A stretch of DNA of 64,000 nt from Squalus acanthias (Eukaryota), in NCBI GenBank assembly GCA_030390025.1, contig CM059433.1, forward strand, positions 62,620,001 to 62,684,000. The letters are read 5' to 3'. Positions 63,293 through 64,000 of the stretch are shown in pieces (position 1 is the stretch's first letter; each line of letters starts with the position of its first letter). Under the pieces are notes generated by a model, which was not told the DNA's origin, did no database searches, and saw nothing but the letters and a program-made list of their open reading frames with translations. Both the position numbers and the translations under genes were made by a program.

Positions 63293-63710
63293 GTCAGACA
63301 TGGCTCAGTGGTAGCATTCTCATCTTTGAGACTTGAGCACGTAATCGAGGCTGACATTTCAGTGCAGTATTGAAGGAAAACTGCACTGTCGTAGGTAGCA
63401 TCTTTCAGATGAGACATTAAACTGAGGCCGTCTGCCATTTCAGGTGGATATAAAATATCCCATGGTACTATCTGAAGAGCAGCAGGGGAGTTCTCCTGGC
63501 CAATATTTATCCCTCAGTCAATGTCACCAAAAACAAATTATTTAGTCATTTATTTTGGTACTGTTTGTGGAATCTTGCTGTGCACAAATTGCCTGCCACT
63601 TTTCCATACATTACAACAATGACTACACTTCATTTGTACTTCATTGGCTGTGACGCACTTTGTGGTGTCGTGAGAGTGTGAAAGGTGCTATAAAAATGCA
63701 AGTTCTTCTT
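63293..63710 (+). mobile_element. tRNA-headed DeuSINE (SacSINE1-like) with deleted B box
   Basis: tggctcagtgg A box; Deu core catctttcagatgagacattaaactgaggcc; tail aaatgcaagttcttc. Confidence 0.82.
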
Positions 63711-64000
63711 TTTGTAACTGACAGCTTTAATTAATTGTGGAAAACATATTTTTTCCATCTTCTCTTGCAGAGTTTGGCCTTCAAAGTAAATAGGAGGTAT
63801 AATTGGTGTCTAATATCGAGGTTTCCTGAGAGTGAATATCTGCTTCACCAGGCAGCTACATTAACCTTGTCTTATGGACACTAGTCCAACCTAAGAGTGT
63901 TGCTTCTGAAATTTGACAGCTACGGCATGTTCTACTGCTTTACAACAGATGTTTCTAAGTTAAGTGAACCTGTGTGATTTATTTATCTGCTGTTTGACTT

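Overview
Vertebrate, repeat-dense non-coding DNA, most likely from a cartilaginous fish (inferred from HER1-like CR1 LINEs, SacSINE1/DeuSINE-like SINEs and Penelope-type tails). No host protein-coding gene can be named; two short candidate exons (48498-48550, 31565-31607) hint at introns of a large minus-strand gene. Retroelements: many CR1 LINE copies, often nested in one another and including one uninterrupted 757-codon ORF2 fragment; a single-ORF LINE family whose near full-length copy starts with a tRNA-like Pol III head; L2 fragments; DeuSINEs; and Penelope-like remnants carrying hammerhead-ribozyme cores, including an 85-bp fold-back insertion with a 12-bp TSD. DNA transposons: a full two-gene PIF/Harbinger element (HARBI1-type transposase plus convergent Myb/SANT gene), Myb-only deletion derivatives, several hairpin-rich MITEs and one hAT MITE. 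The most interesting signal is a MITE family (3 copies) carrying a CCAAT + E-box promoter-like module followed by an outward-facing splice donor, i.e. a possible portable promoter/first-exon cassette. All calls are by eye; boundaries of old repeats are approximate.
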